From the NCBI GenBank assembly GCA_023246355.1, contig JAHFIQ010000001.1, positions 222,234 to 286,233 on the forward strand: a stretch of 64,000 bases of DNA. The letters run 5' to 3'. Below are positions 9,362 through 16,936 of this stretch, piece by piece (position 1 is the first letter of the stretch; each line of letters starts with the position of its first letter). The notes below the pieces were generated by a model that was not told the DNA's origin, ran no database searches, and was given only the letters and a program-made list of their open reading frames with translations. The translations under genes were made by a program, and so were the position numbers. The stretch comes from Candidatus Uhrbacteria bacterium. Lineage in GTDB: Bacteria > Patescibacteriota > Patescibacteriia > UBA9934 > GWF2-40-263.

Positions 9362-9736
9362 TTGACTGGATTCTCCGGTGAAGAATTCGGATTGGTTCAT
9401 AAATTGTATGAATGGTACAAGCTCCTGCACACCGATGTGATTAGGTTCCCCAAAACGGAACGATACACGATTGGTGAAGTGTTGAAGATGCGGACACTTC
9501 AGCTCATCGAAGGAATCTGGGAGGCGAACTCCCTACCACTCCCAGAACGCCTTGCCTTACTCGACCGACTACAACGATCACTCGACCTTATAAAAATCCT
9601 CATTCGCCTCACGTACGATCTAGGAATCTACAAACGTGATGGTTACATCTATCGGGAAAACCGACTCATGGAAATCGGTCGCATGCTCGGAAGTTGGCGA
9701 AAGAAGACACGAGGCCGCTTGGGTCTCGTGTCTTAA
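9362..9736 (+). CDS. avd: Avd-like accessory variability determinant (four-helix-bundle, TIGR02436-like)
   Basis: 124 aa, basic; LYEWYKLL, FPKTERYTIG and a C-terminal EIGRMLGSWRKK resemble Avd proteins. TTG start. It lies on the strand opposite to the RT and TR. Confidence 0.6.
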   Translation: MTGFSGEEFGLVHKLYEWYKLLHTDVIRFPKTERYTIGEVLKMRTLQLIEGIWEANSLPLPERLALLDRLQRSLDLIKILIRLTYDLGIYKRDGYIYRENRLMEIGRMLGSWRKKTRGRLGLVS

Positions 9737-9746
9737 CAGTTAACGG

Positions 9747-9867
9747 CTTCCACGGCACGGCCACCTTCATTGTCGTACGGGATCGAGAGATTGTCAGCGT
9801 CGTTCCTGTTGACCCTCACCTCGCCGTCGTTGTCGTTGGCGTTGAGAGCACCCTGGCCGAAGCGCGT
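9747..9867 (-). repeat. DGR template repeat (TR)
   Basis: 121-bp match to the VR. On the coding (minus) strand every one of the 18 differences is an A in TR (AAC codons N-A-N-D-N-D..N-R-N..). The 3' end carries the IMH*-like GGTGGCCGTGCCGTGGAAG. Confidence 0.85.
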
Positions 9868-10145
9868 TGCGCCGCTTCCTTCCTTACTCACCAGAGGGAA
9901 CCCATGGGTTGCCTCCTGAATTCCGGGATCCGGAAATGTATTCGGACGGACAGACTGTTTGGCGATCCGCCATAAAAGCGGCACGAAGTGGTTCAACTGT
10001 TTACTCACCGTTACCGACTTCTCCGATTATCATGAACCGGATGCTCGTGGGTAACAGCAGGATGTTGGTAACCAACAAGTTCTCGCTTATTGGTCTACAA
10101 ACCTTCACCAGCAGTATTGTAACAAGATCCAAAACAAAATTAATA

Positions 10146-10182
10146 GCCCTGCTCCGCTACCGCTTGGTAGCAAGAGCAGGGC
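10146..10182 (-). promoter_or_regulatory. GC-rich nested hairpin immediately 3' of the VR (DGR target-recognition hairpin and/or terminator)
   Basis: GCCCTGCTC-tt-GCTACC-aagc-GGTAGC-g-GAGCAGGGC, followed by a T-rich run. Confidence 0.6.
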
Positions 10183-10195
10183 AGGGGGTCAAGGT

Positions 10196-10942
10196 TCAAG
10201 CAGCATTCTTGACCACTTCCACGGCACGGCCACCCTCATTGCCGAACGGGATCGAGAGAGAGGCAGCGTCGCACCTGAAGACCCTCACCACGCCGCCGAG
10301 GTCGCAGGCGTCGAGAGCACCCCGGCCGAAGCGCGTGCGCAGCCAGCACCAGGTGCTGACGTCGATGTGCTCGCCGATGAGGTCGCGGTGCGTCCAGTAG
10401 ACGATCGCGTATTCCTCCAGCGAGAGGAGCTTCACCGCCGCGGTGAGGTCATTCCAGCTCGTATTGATCCGGGGGCACCTGGGAGCGATCTCCACAGTGA
10501 ACCAGTAACCAGCCTGGGCGATCTCCCAGCCGATCTTGGCACGGTCGTCGGCGTTCGCGACAGTCCAGTGATTGGACTGACCGTGCGCAATCATCCACCC
10601 TTCATAGGTCATCTCGACCGTCGACGGGCGGTAGAACAGCTCGCGACCTTCGCGGCGCCAGCGCTTGAGGGTCGTGTTGGAGACGCCGGGCCTGGGCACC
10701 GCGATCGTGAACCCGCGGGCGCGGAAGTTCGCCTCGATGGCGACACGGCGCTCCTCGGCCAGGTCGACCTTGGGCCTGTGGTCCTTCTCGCCGGCCTTTG
10801 CGCGAACTTCGGCCTCGCTGGTGCCGTCGATGATCGCCTGCAGGACAGTACGAGCAATCGCGGCCTTGGCCGGATCGGCGAGGGCGTGGCGTTGTGCTTC
10901 GTCAAACTGGCGCCGGAGCGCCAACTCAATCATGGCTTCCAT
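10196..10942 (-). CDS. DGR target protein (high GC; C-terminal C-type-lectin/FGE-like variable domain)
   Basis: VR sits at the C-terminus. Start chosen at MEAMIE, which has an AAGGAAAG SD; the ORF track extends to 11035. Confidence 0.7.
   Translation of the reverse strand: MEAMIELALRRQFDEAQRHALADPAKAAIARTVLQAIIDGTSEAEVRAKAGEKDHRPKVDLAEERRVAIEANFRARGFTIAVPRPGVSNTTLKRWRREGRELFYRPSTVEMTYEGWMIAHGQSNHWTVANADDRAKIGWEIAQAGYWFTVEIAPRCPRINTSWNDLTAAVKLLSLEEYAIVYWTHRDLIGEHIDVSTWCWLRTRFGRGALDACDLGGVVRVFRCDAASLSIPFGNEGGRAVEVVKNAA
10216..10336 (-). repeat. DGR variable repeat (VR) at the 3' end of the target gene
   Basis: Encodes TRFGRGALDACDLGGVVRVFRCDAASLSIPFGNEGGRAVE against the TR-encoded TRFGQGALNANDNDGEVRVNRNDADNLSIPYDNEGGRAVE. 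Confidence 0.85.
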
Positions 10943-11035
10943 GGTCTTTCCTTTGCTTGTGCCCATGTCGCGCCGGAGCGCAGAGGCACGTTTTGCCCCA
11001 AATTCCAGGCCGAACGCCCAGGTTGGAACCAACAA

Positions 11036-11064
11036 ACAATACAGGAAAATTCGGTTTTTGTCAA
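11036..11064 (-). promoter_or_regulatory. sigma70-like promoter of the DGR target gene
   Basis: Minus strand TTGACA(11059..11064)-17nt-TATTGT(11036..11041). Confidence 0.55.
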
Positions 11065-11074
11065 GCGATTTGGT

Positions 11075-11641
11075 ATGATTCTGCTACCTGTGAAAAAAGA
11101 GGAACAAAACAACGCATACATCGACGCGGCGAACCTGCATCATGGTGTTCAGTCCCAAGGTTGGATTCTTGACTATCGTCGTTTCCGCATCTGGTTAAAA
11201 GAAAAGCATGGGGTAAAAAATGCCTATCTATTTCTTGGGTTGATTCCAAAGCACCATGCCCTGTATCAATCATTACAAGAGGCAGGATTCATCCTGATCT
11301 TTAAGGAAGTTATCTTTGACCGTGATGGTAAGCCTAAGGGTAATTGCGATGCGGATCTTGTCTTGCAGGTCACTGTGGACTTCTTTCATAAAACGTTCCA
11401 AAAAGCAGTCATCGTCACGAGCGATGGAGATTACGCTGGACTCGTAAAAATGCTGCACGCTCATCATGCACTGGAAATGATCGTCTCTCCAGCACAAGAA
11501 AAAAAGTGTTCAATTTTATTGAAACGATCGAATGCTCCCATGACTTATCTTGGACAGTCCCGTATGCGTCCACTTCTAGAGCGCCGAAAAGAAAAAGCCC
11601 CCGATGCGGACGGAACCGCACAGGGGTCTTCTTCGTGGTGA
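11075..11641 (+). CDS. NYN/LabA-like (PIN-like) domain protein
   Basis: AYIDAANLHHG....DADLVLQVTVD...AVIVTSDGDYAGLV pattern of DUF88/NYN. The track ORF 10367..11641 is inflated by the antisense frame of the target gene. Confidence 0.55.
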   Translation: MILLPVKKEEQNNAYIDAANLHHGVQSQGWILDYRRFRIWLKEKHGVKNAYLFLGLIPKHHALYQSLQEAGFILIFKEVIFDRDGKPKGNCDADLVLQVTVDFFHKTFQKAVIVTSDGDYAGLVKMLHAHHALEMIVSPAQEKKCSILLKRSNAPMTYLGQSRMRPLLERRKEKAPDADGTAQGSSSW

Positions 11642-11689
11642 TACAGAAACAATACAACCTCTGTGTATATAAGTCAAGAAAAAATACTA

Positions 11690-12816
11690 TGAGATCGAAA
11701 ACCCAATCAGGCATCAACCGCGAGGCGTGGCTTGCCCGCGATCTGTTTGATGAAAAAAAGCTTAGGCAGACTCCCACCCGCAACGGCTTTGGCGAGGGTT
11801 TGGTTGAAGCTGGACGAGTCAACAAAAATATCGTTGTCCTGTGTGCAGACCTCACCGAATCCACACGCGTTCTTCCCTTCAAGGAAGCCTATCCAGATCG
11901 TTTCGTTCAACTCGGGGTGAGTGAACAATCCATGCCTTCGATCGCGGCCGGCATGGCCATGGCTGGGAAAATTCCGTTCATTGCCAGCTATGCGTGCTTT
12001 TCTCCAGGTCGCAACTGGGAACAAATTCGCACCACGGTCGCACTCAACAACATGAACGTCAAAATTGCCGGCGCGCATGCGGGCGTCTCGGTCGGTCCCG
12101 ACGGCGCCACCCATCAGATGATCGAGGACCTTGCCATCATGCGAGTGCTGCCAAATATGAACGTCGTCGTCCCATGCGATACGATCGAAACACGAAAAGC
12201 AACAGAGACGATCGCGAAACTTGTCGGGCCATGCTATTTACGTTTTGCTCGAGAAAAATCGCCGGTGTTCACCACGATAAAGACGCCATTCAAAATTGGG
12301 CGTGCGGAAACATATCGATTCGGTCAGGACGTCACGATCATTGGAGCGGGGCCTCTTTTGTACGAAGCCCTCTTGGCAGCCGAAAGACTCTCCAAAGACT
12401 TTGGGATCGAATGCCGTGTTGTGAACATGCATACGATCAAGCCCTTGGATGTAAAGACGATCGTGAAGGCTGCGAAAGAAACTGGCGCGATTGTCACGGT
12501 TGAAGAAGCTCAGGCTGCTGGTGGACTTGCTGGCGCTGTGGCTGAAACCATTTCTCTGACAACACCTGTGCCCATGGAACGCATTGGTGTGCAAGATCGT
12601 TTTGGTGAATCTGGTACACCGCGCGAAGTCCAAGAAGGACTTGGCCTTACGGCCGAATTCATCGCTCTTGCCGTTGATCGTGTGCTTCGGCGCAAACATG
12701 GACAGCGTGTGCCGGATGTTCCCGCTCATGTCCTAGCCGCCCAAGAAAAACTCGTCAAAATGCAAAAGGCTGTTATGGACGCGGCGCTCAAAAAAGTCCC
12801 GAGGAAGTGGAAATAA
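11690..12816 (+). CDS. tkt: transketolase, C-terminal subunit (split tkt)
   Basis: Pyrimidine-binding and C-terminal domains (GVSEQSMPSIAAGMA, HAGVSVGPDGATHQ). The N-terminal 60 aa of the track ORF are a spurious extension. Confidence 0.85.
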
Positions 12817-12821
12817 CAAAA

Positions 12822-12848
12822 AAGAGCCTCCCCGGCTCTTTTTTGTTA
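12822..12848 (+). terminator. rho-independent terminator
   Basis: AGAGCC-tccc-CGGCTCT followed by TTTTTTGTT. Confidence 0.6.
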
Positions 12849-12875
12849 TACTGTAGTTGGCTTGAAGATCTTGGG

Positions 12876-12900
12876 GGTAGCCGCAGGCTTCAGCCTGCGC
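12876..12900 (-). repeat. REP element copy 2 (inverted orientation)
   Basis: GGTAGCCGCAGGCTTCAGCCTGCGC. Confidence 0.8.
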
Positions 12901-12925
12901 CCTGCTAAGCTGGTGCTGTTGAGAT

Positions 12926-13402
12926 ATGCTTCCAATCGAACGACCACATCGACTGGAACGTGACGATTACGAAGGTTTTCTCTGTTGTACATTCACTTGT
13001 TGCATTGAAAATAGGAAAAACTTTTTTGTCACACCGGAGATCTTTTCAATCTTCGAATCAAAGCTGCGACACGTTCTTGAAAAGAATCATTGTGGTGCTC
13101 ATGTTTATCTGTTCATGCCAGACCACCTTCATATTTTAGCAGAAGGAAAATCAGAAGAAGCGGATCTCTGGAAAATGATCGTCGACTTTAAGCAGCAAAC
13201 TGGATATTGGCTCTCAAAAAATGGAAATGGAATTCGATGGCAAAAAGATTTTTATGATCACATCCTTCGAGAGGAGGAGGATGTGACAAAGCACATGGCC
13301 TATATTCTCGATAACCCCATCCGTGCTGGTCTTGCGCGAGATTGGAGGGACTACCTGTACAAAGGATCGACACTCTATAATCTTCATGAACTCGAAATCT
13401 AG
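12926..13402 (+). CDS. REP-associated tyrosine transposase (RAYT, IS200/IS605-like Y1 HUH transposase)
   Basis: HLHIL (HuH) and YILDNPIRAGLA motifs; flanked by REPs in opposite orientations. Confidence 0.8.
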   Translation: MLPIERPHRLERDDYEGFLCCTFTCCIENRKNFFVTPEIFSIFESKLRHVLEKNHCGAHVYLFMPDHLHILAEGKSEEADLWKMIVDFKQQTGYWLSKNGNGIRWQKDFYDHILREEEDVTKHMAYILDNPIRAGLARDWRDYLYKGSTLYNLHELEI

Positions 13403-13403
13403 G

Positions 13404-13428
13404 GCGCAGGCTAAAGCCTGCGGCTACC
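13404..13428 (+). repeat. REP element copy 3
   Basis: GCGCAGGCTAAAGCCTGCGGCTACC. Confidence 0.8.
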
Positions 13429-13441
13429 GTCAAAAACCTAC

Positions 13442-13466
13442 GCGTAGGCTAAAGCCTGCGGCTACA
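13442..13466 (+). repeat. REP element copy 4
   Basis: GCGTAGGCTAAAGCCTGCGGCTAC. Confidence 0.75.
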
Positions 13467-13472
13467 ACTTCT

Positions 13473-14444
13473 ATGTACGATTTGATTACCATCGGCGATA
13501 TCAAACTGGACACCTTTGTGGTCTTGGATGGCAATGGCCAGCAATGCTCTTTAAAGATGCCTGAGGCAAAACTGTGTTTAGATTATGGAGCGAAGATCGA
13601 TGTCCAGGTGGTAGATTCTCAAATCGCTGGTTCTGCCCCAAACGTCGCTGTGGGTCTCAGCCGCATGAAGAAAAAAACCGCTGTACTTTCCGTGATGGGA
13701 GAAGACACCACGCGACCTCTGGCGATGGAAATGCTTGCACGAGAACAGGTCGACACGTCTCTGATTGAAATCGCCAAGGGTGAAAAAAGTACGTTCTCCG
13801 TGGTCTTGAACTACGCCGGCGAAAAAACGATTCTCACCGGCCACATCAAACACGAATACCATCTCCCCAAATCTTTTCCTAAACCCGAGTGGCTCTACGT
13901 GGGCGAGATGGGTGAAGGATACGAAAAAATCTACAAGCAAGTCATTGCGTACGCTAAAGACGACGGTGTACACATCGTGATGAATCCAGGATCGATCCAA
14001 GTGGAAGAACACAAACCCGCACTCTTTGAACTGCTCAAGTATCTCGAAGTCTTATTTATCAACCGCGAAGAAGCTCAAATCATTTCTGGTTCCAAATCGC
14101 TCGAGATTCACAAACTCGCAGGCGCCCTCTACAAATTTGGTCCCAAGCACGTGATCATCACCGATGGCCCACACGGGTCGTATGAATACGGTGGCCATGA
14201 GTTGAGATTTTGTCCGATCTTCCCTGGGAAACTCGTGGAGGCCACGGGCGCTGGCGACGCCTTTGCCTCGGGATACCTGGGCGCCGTCCTACACGGTGAA
14301 TCCTGCTCTGAAGGTCTGCGCTGGGGCTCGGTGAACTCCGCATCCGTGGTCGGACACGTAGGGCCGACCAAGGGACTGCTCAGCGCCACGGAAATTCGCA
14401 CACGTCTCAAAAAGAAATCTGGCTTCAGAGTAAAAACCGTTTAA
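13473..14444 (+). CDS. PfkB-family carbohydrate kinase (ribokinase-like)
   Basis: TGAGDAFASG motif and ribokinase fold pattern; start at MYDLITIGD. Confidence 0.75.
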   Translation: MYDLITIGDIKLDTFVVLDGNGQQCSLKMPEAKLCLDYGAKIDVQVVDSQIAGSAPNVAVGLSRMKKKTAVLSVMGEDTTRPLAMEMLAREQVDTSLIEIAKGEKSTFSVVLNYAGEKTILTGHIKHEYHLPKSFPKPEWLYVGEMGEGYEKIYKQVIAYAKDDGVHIVMNPGSIQVEEHKPALFELLKYLEVLFINREEAQIISGSKSLEIHKLAGALYKFGPKHVIITDGPHGSYEYGGHELRFCPIFPGKLVEATGAGDAFASGYLGAVLHGESCSEGLRWGSVNSASVVGHVGPTKGLLSATEIRTRLKKKSGFRVKTV

Positions 14445-14445
14445 T

Positions 14446-15369
14446 ATGCTCGTCTCTCTCAAAGACCTCCTCACAAAAGCCTCTCGCGGTCACTATGCCG
14501 TCGGAGCCTTTAACGTTAACAATCTTGAAACCATCCAGGCGATCATGGATGCAGCAGACGCTGAGAGAGCGCCGGTGATTCTCTCAACCTCTGAAGGGGC
14601 CATTGACTACGCTGGCATGGAGGAACTCGCAAGCCTCGCTCATATCGCCGCACGCAGAACAAAACGGCCAGTCGTGTTTCACCTTGATCATGGAAAAAAT
14701 TATGACTTGGTTGTTGAAGCAATCGCGTCAGGCTGGTACACGAGCGTGATGTACGACGGCTCATCACTTCCGCTCACGGAAAACATCAAGCGAACAACGC
14801 AGATCGTAAAGCTCGCGCACAAGAAAAAAATCAGTGTCGAGGCAGAGCTCGGCGCGATCGCCGGCATCGAAGATTTTGTGTCCGTGGAAGATCGCGATGC
14901 GCATCTCACGGATCCCGAGCAGGCAGCCGAATTTGTGAAAAAGACTGGATGTGATGCCCTCGCCATCGCCATCGGCACCAAACATGGCGCGTTCAAGTTC
15001 ACAGGTGAATCACGACTCGACTTCGGTCGCCTCAAAGAAATCGCCGAGCGCGTTTCTGTTCCCTTGGTCTTGCACGGTGCCTCAGGCGTTCCTGCCAATA
15101 TCAAAAAAATCTGCACCACGTACGGCTGCGAAATTTCAAGCGCCAAAGGCGTCTCCGATTCAGCGGTGCGTAAGGCGGTGATGCTGGGTGTGTGCAAAGT
15201 GAACGTGGACACGGACCTGCGTCTGGCGTTTGATGCTGGGATCCGCAAATTTCTGAAAGAACGCCCCGAGGTCATCGACCCACGTGAAATTTTAAAACCC
15301 GCCAAGGAGTTGATGACCAAAGTCGTAAAACAAAAAATGAAAATGCTTGGGAGTAGTGGGAAAGGATAG
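14446..15369 (+). CDS. fba: class II fructose/tagatose-bisphosphate aldolase
   Basis: VVFHLDHG, LHGASG and GVCKVNVDTD motifs. Confidence 0.85.
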   Translation: MLVSLKDLLTKASRGHYAVGAFNVNNLETIQAIMDAADAERAPVILSTSEGAIDYAGMEELASLAHIAARRTKRPVVFHLDHGKNYDLVVEAIASGWYTSVMYDGSSLPLTENIKRTTQIVKLAHKKKISVEAELGAIAGIEDFVSVEDRDAHLTDPEQAAEFVKKTGCDALAIAIGTKHGAFKFTGESRLDFGRLKEIAERVSVPLVLHGASGVPANIKKICTTYGCEISSAKGVSDSAVRKAVMLGVCKVNVDTDLRLAFDAGIRKFLKERPEVIDPREILKPAKELMTKVVKQKMKMLGSSGKG

Positions 15370-15477
15370 CTTTCAACTTGAGGTTGCCAATCAAACTCTG
15401 GTCAAGGCTCTTTCGAGGATTTCGGGGACGGCAAACCTTGATCGGCCGTTCATCACCCTACTCTCACAAATGAGTGT

Positions 15478-15510
15478 AAATGAAAACGTCCGGGTCTCCC
15501 AGACCGGACG
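15478..15510 (-). terminator. terminator of the minus-strand high-GC gene
   Basis: On the minus strand: CGTCCGGtctgggagaCCCGGACG followed by TTTTCATTT. Confidence 0.5.
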
Positions 15511-15564
15511 TGAAGGAAGAAGGTTGAGGCTCAAAGAAGATTGAACCATGAGGGATGAATGTTG

Positions 15565-16275
15565 CTACTTCCGGCGAAGACGCACGGTCCCGTAACCCGG
15601 GTCGGCGAGGCCAGAGCGCCTGTCGAGGTCGAGCCTCACCTGACCCCTCCACACCTCGAGGAAGGCACAGTTCATGCGGCTGTCACGGAGCACCGTCCTG
15701 GGGAGGTCGATGGAGTGCTCGTTCTCCACCACGATCGTTGGGTGAAGGGCGTAGGCGAAGACGCCTTCGAGAGCCGTACCGGCCAGGACGTCGCCGACGA
15801 GCTCGTCTCGGCAGTGGTCGGGGCGACGGTTGCGGTTCTTGCGTCCGTCGTCGTGGCGGAACCAGAACGGCTCGGTGGGGAGCGGGAAGTTCTGGTCGAA
15901 GGGCTCGGCTGAGTCCTCGGCGTAGCCCAGCTCCTCGTACTCGATTTCCAGCATCCTGCAGGAGCGCAGAAGTCCCGGACGAGGGTCGCACAGGGAGAGC
16001 AGCGGTAGCTCTGGGTCGTCGGCGACCAACCCTTCCGGAATCTTGGGGATCCCGGCCAGGTACGCCTTGAAGTTCTTGGCGCCGACACTCGGGTCACGAC
16101 CGAAGCCCCGATCCCACAGGCGCTTGGCCTGAATGCGCCACTGGTTCACGCCGCCCATCTCCAGGCGACGGATAAGTTCCTCGACCTCTGAGCCGATGCC
16201 TTCCTGACCGGCGCTCAGTCGCGCAGCCTGGATCTCGTGGAGCTTGGCCACATGGCCAACATCGAACAGTCTCAT
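15565..16275 (-). CDS. high-GC hypothetical protein (236 aa)
   Basis: About 66% GC. Shares the conserved promoter/leader with the 2707 gene; weak similarity to the N-terminal regions of 2707 and the DGR target. Confidence 0.5.
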   Translation of the reverse strand: MRLFDVGHVAKLHEIQAARLSAGQEGIGSEVEELIRRLEMGGVNQWRIQAKRLWDRGFGRDPSVGAKNFKAYLAGIPKIPEGLVADDPELPLLSLCDPRPGLLRSCRMLEIEYEELGYAEDSAEPFDQNFPLPTEPFWFRHDDGRKNRNRRPDHCRDELVGDVLAGTALEGVFAYALHPTIVVENEHSIDLPRTVLRDSRMNCAFLEVWRGQVRLDLDRRSGLADPGYGTVRLRRK

Positions 16276-16353
16276 TTGAAACTCCGTAAGTCGGTATCCT
16301 CACAAGAGCCTAAGCCCTCTGTTTGGTACGCCGACGGACAGATGCGCACAGTT

Positions 16354-16442
16354 CCGCCGTGCCGGTGTGTGTGTGCAAAACCGGAGGATTCCGGCTCTGC
16401 AAACGACTGGAGACTATACTCCTGTTTGGCGGAAAAGTCAAG
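16354..16442 (-). promoter_or_regulatory. conserved promoter plus 5' leader element, copy B
   Basis: TTGACT(16436..16441)-17nt-TATAGT(16413..16418); the leader is about 85% identical to copy A. Confidence 0.6.
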
Positions 16443-16462
16443 AGTTGATATAGTATTCGTAT

Positions 16463-16657
16463 ATGAATTACCCATTCACGGTCACAAAAAAGGACGAGAC
16501 ATACACTGTTCAATTTGGTCAAGAATATTGGGAAAAATTTGCTGCCGCCATGGGTCTTTTGTCTGACGAATGTCTTGCAAGCATCCAGATGGCTGAGGAG
16601 GATTTCAAAAAAGGACGTGTACTCACTATAAAATCTTTCAGAGAGCTCGAGGATTAA
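16463..16657 (+). CDS. type II antitoxin (64 aa)
   Basis: Small acidic ORF; its stop overlaps the toxin start (ATGA). Confidence 0.5.
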   Translation: MNYPFTVTKKDETYTVQFGQEYWEKFAAAMGLLSDECLASIQMAEEDFKKGRVLTIKSFRELED

Positions 16658-16932
16658 TGGCTATGCGTTCCCTCATTGCCTCATCTGAATTCAGGCGTCG
16701 ATACAATGAACTTCCAGAAACAGTCAAAGATCGACTCGACAAACAGAAGGAACTCCTCACGACAGACATTCGACATCCTTCGCTCCACGTAGAAAAGCTC
16801 GCACCCAAGAGCAAAAATATGTGGAGTTTTCGAATAGATATTCACTACCGTGTTCTCTTTCAAGTGCTTGATAACGGAGACCTCTTTCTCCTGACCGTCG
16901 GAACCCATGATTGGGTGTATCGACGCATCTGA
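16657..16932 (+). CDS. RelE/ParE-superfamily toxin
   Basis: WSFRIDIHYRVLFQVLDNGDLFLLTVGTHD is the RelE/ParE C-terminal pattern. Confidence 0.6.
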   Translation: MAMRSLIASSEFRRRYNELPETVKDRLDKQKELLTTDIRHPSLHVEKLAPKSKNMWSFRIDIHYRVLFQVLDNGDLFLLTVGTHDWVYRRI

Positions 16933-16936
16933 ATCT

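Larger units (their letters stand above)
8287..10942 (-). mobile_element. diversity-generating retroelement (DGR) cassette: target(VR) - hairpin - TR - (avd antisense) - RT
   Basis: The RT has the DGR motif GNVTSQ; TR and VR are 121 bp each with 18 of 18 mismatches at TR adenines; IMH-like GC-rich 3' ends; Avd-like ORF present. Confidence 0.85.

Noticed and set aside
9733-10008. 91-aa minus-strand ORF covering the TR
   Set aside because: It is the TR read in the frame it inherited from the VR. The reading frame is kept by homology, not because it is a separate gene.
10367-11074. Long plus-strand ORF (the 5' 700 nt of 10367..11641), plus 10609..10929 and 10665..11078
   Set aside because: These are antisense shadow frames of the high-GC DGR target gene. 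Only the 11075..11641 NYN portion has a plausible start and domain.
11506-11689. N-terminal extension of the tktC ORF
   Set aside because: The homologous transketolase C-subunit begins at MRSKTQSG (11690). The extension overlaps the NYN gene.
15555-16097. Several overlapping Arg/Pro-rich ORFs on both strands (15555..16070, 15559..15912, 15672..16097, 15683..15991)
   Set aside because: These are typical shadow ORFs of a 66% GC gene. The 15565..16275 frame is the one with an SD, a promoter and non-degenerate composition.
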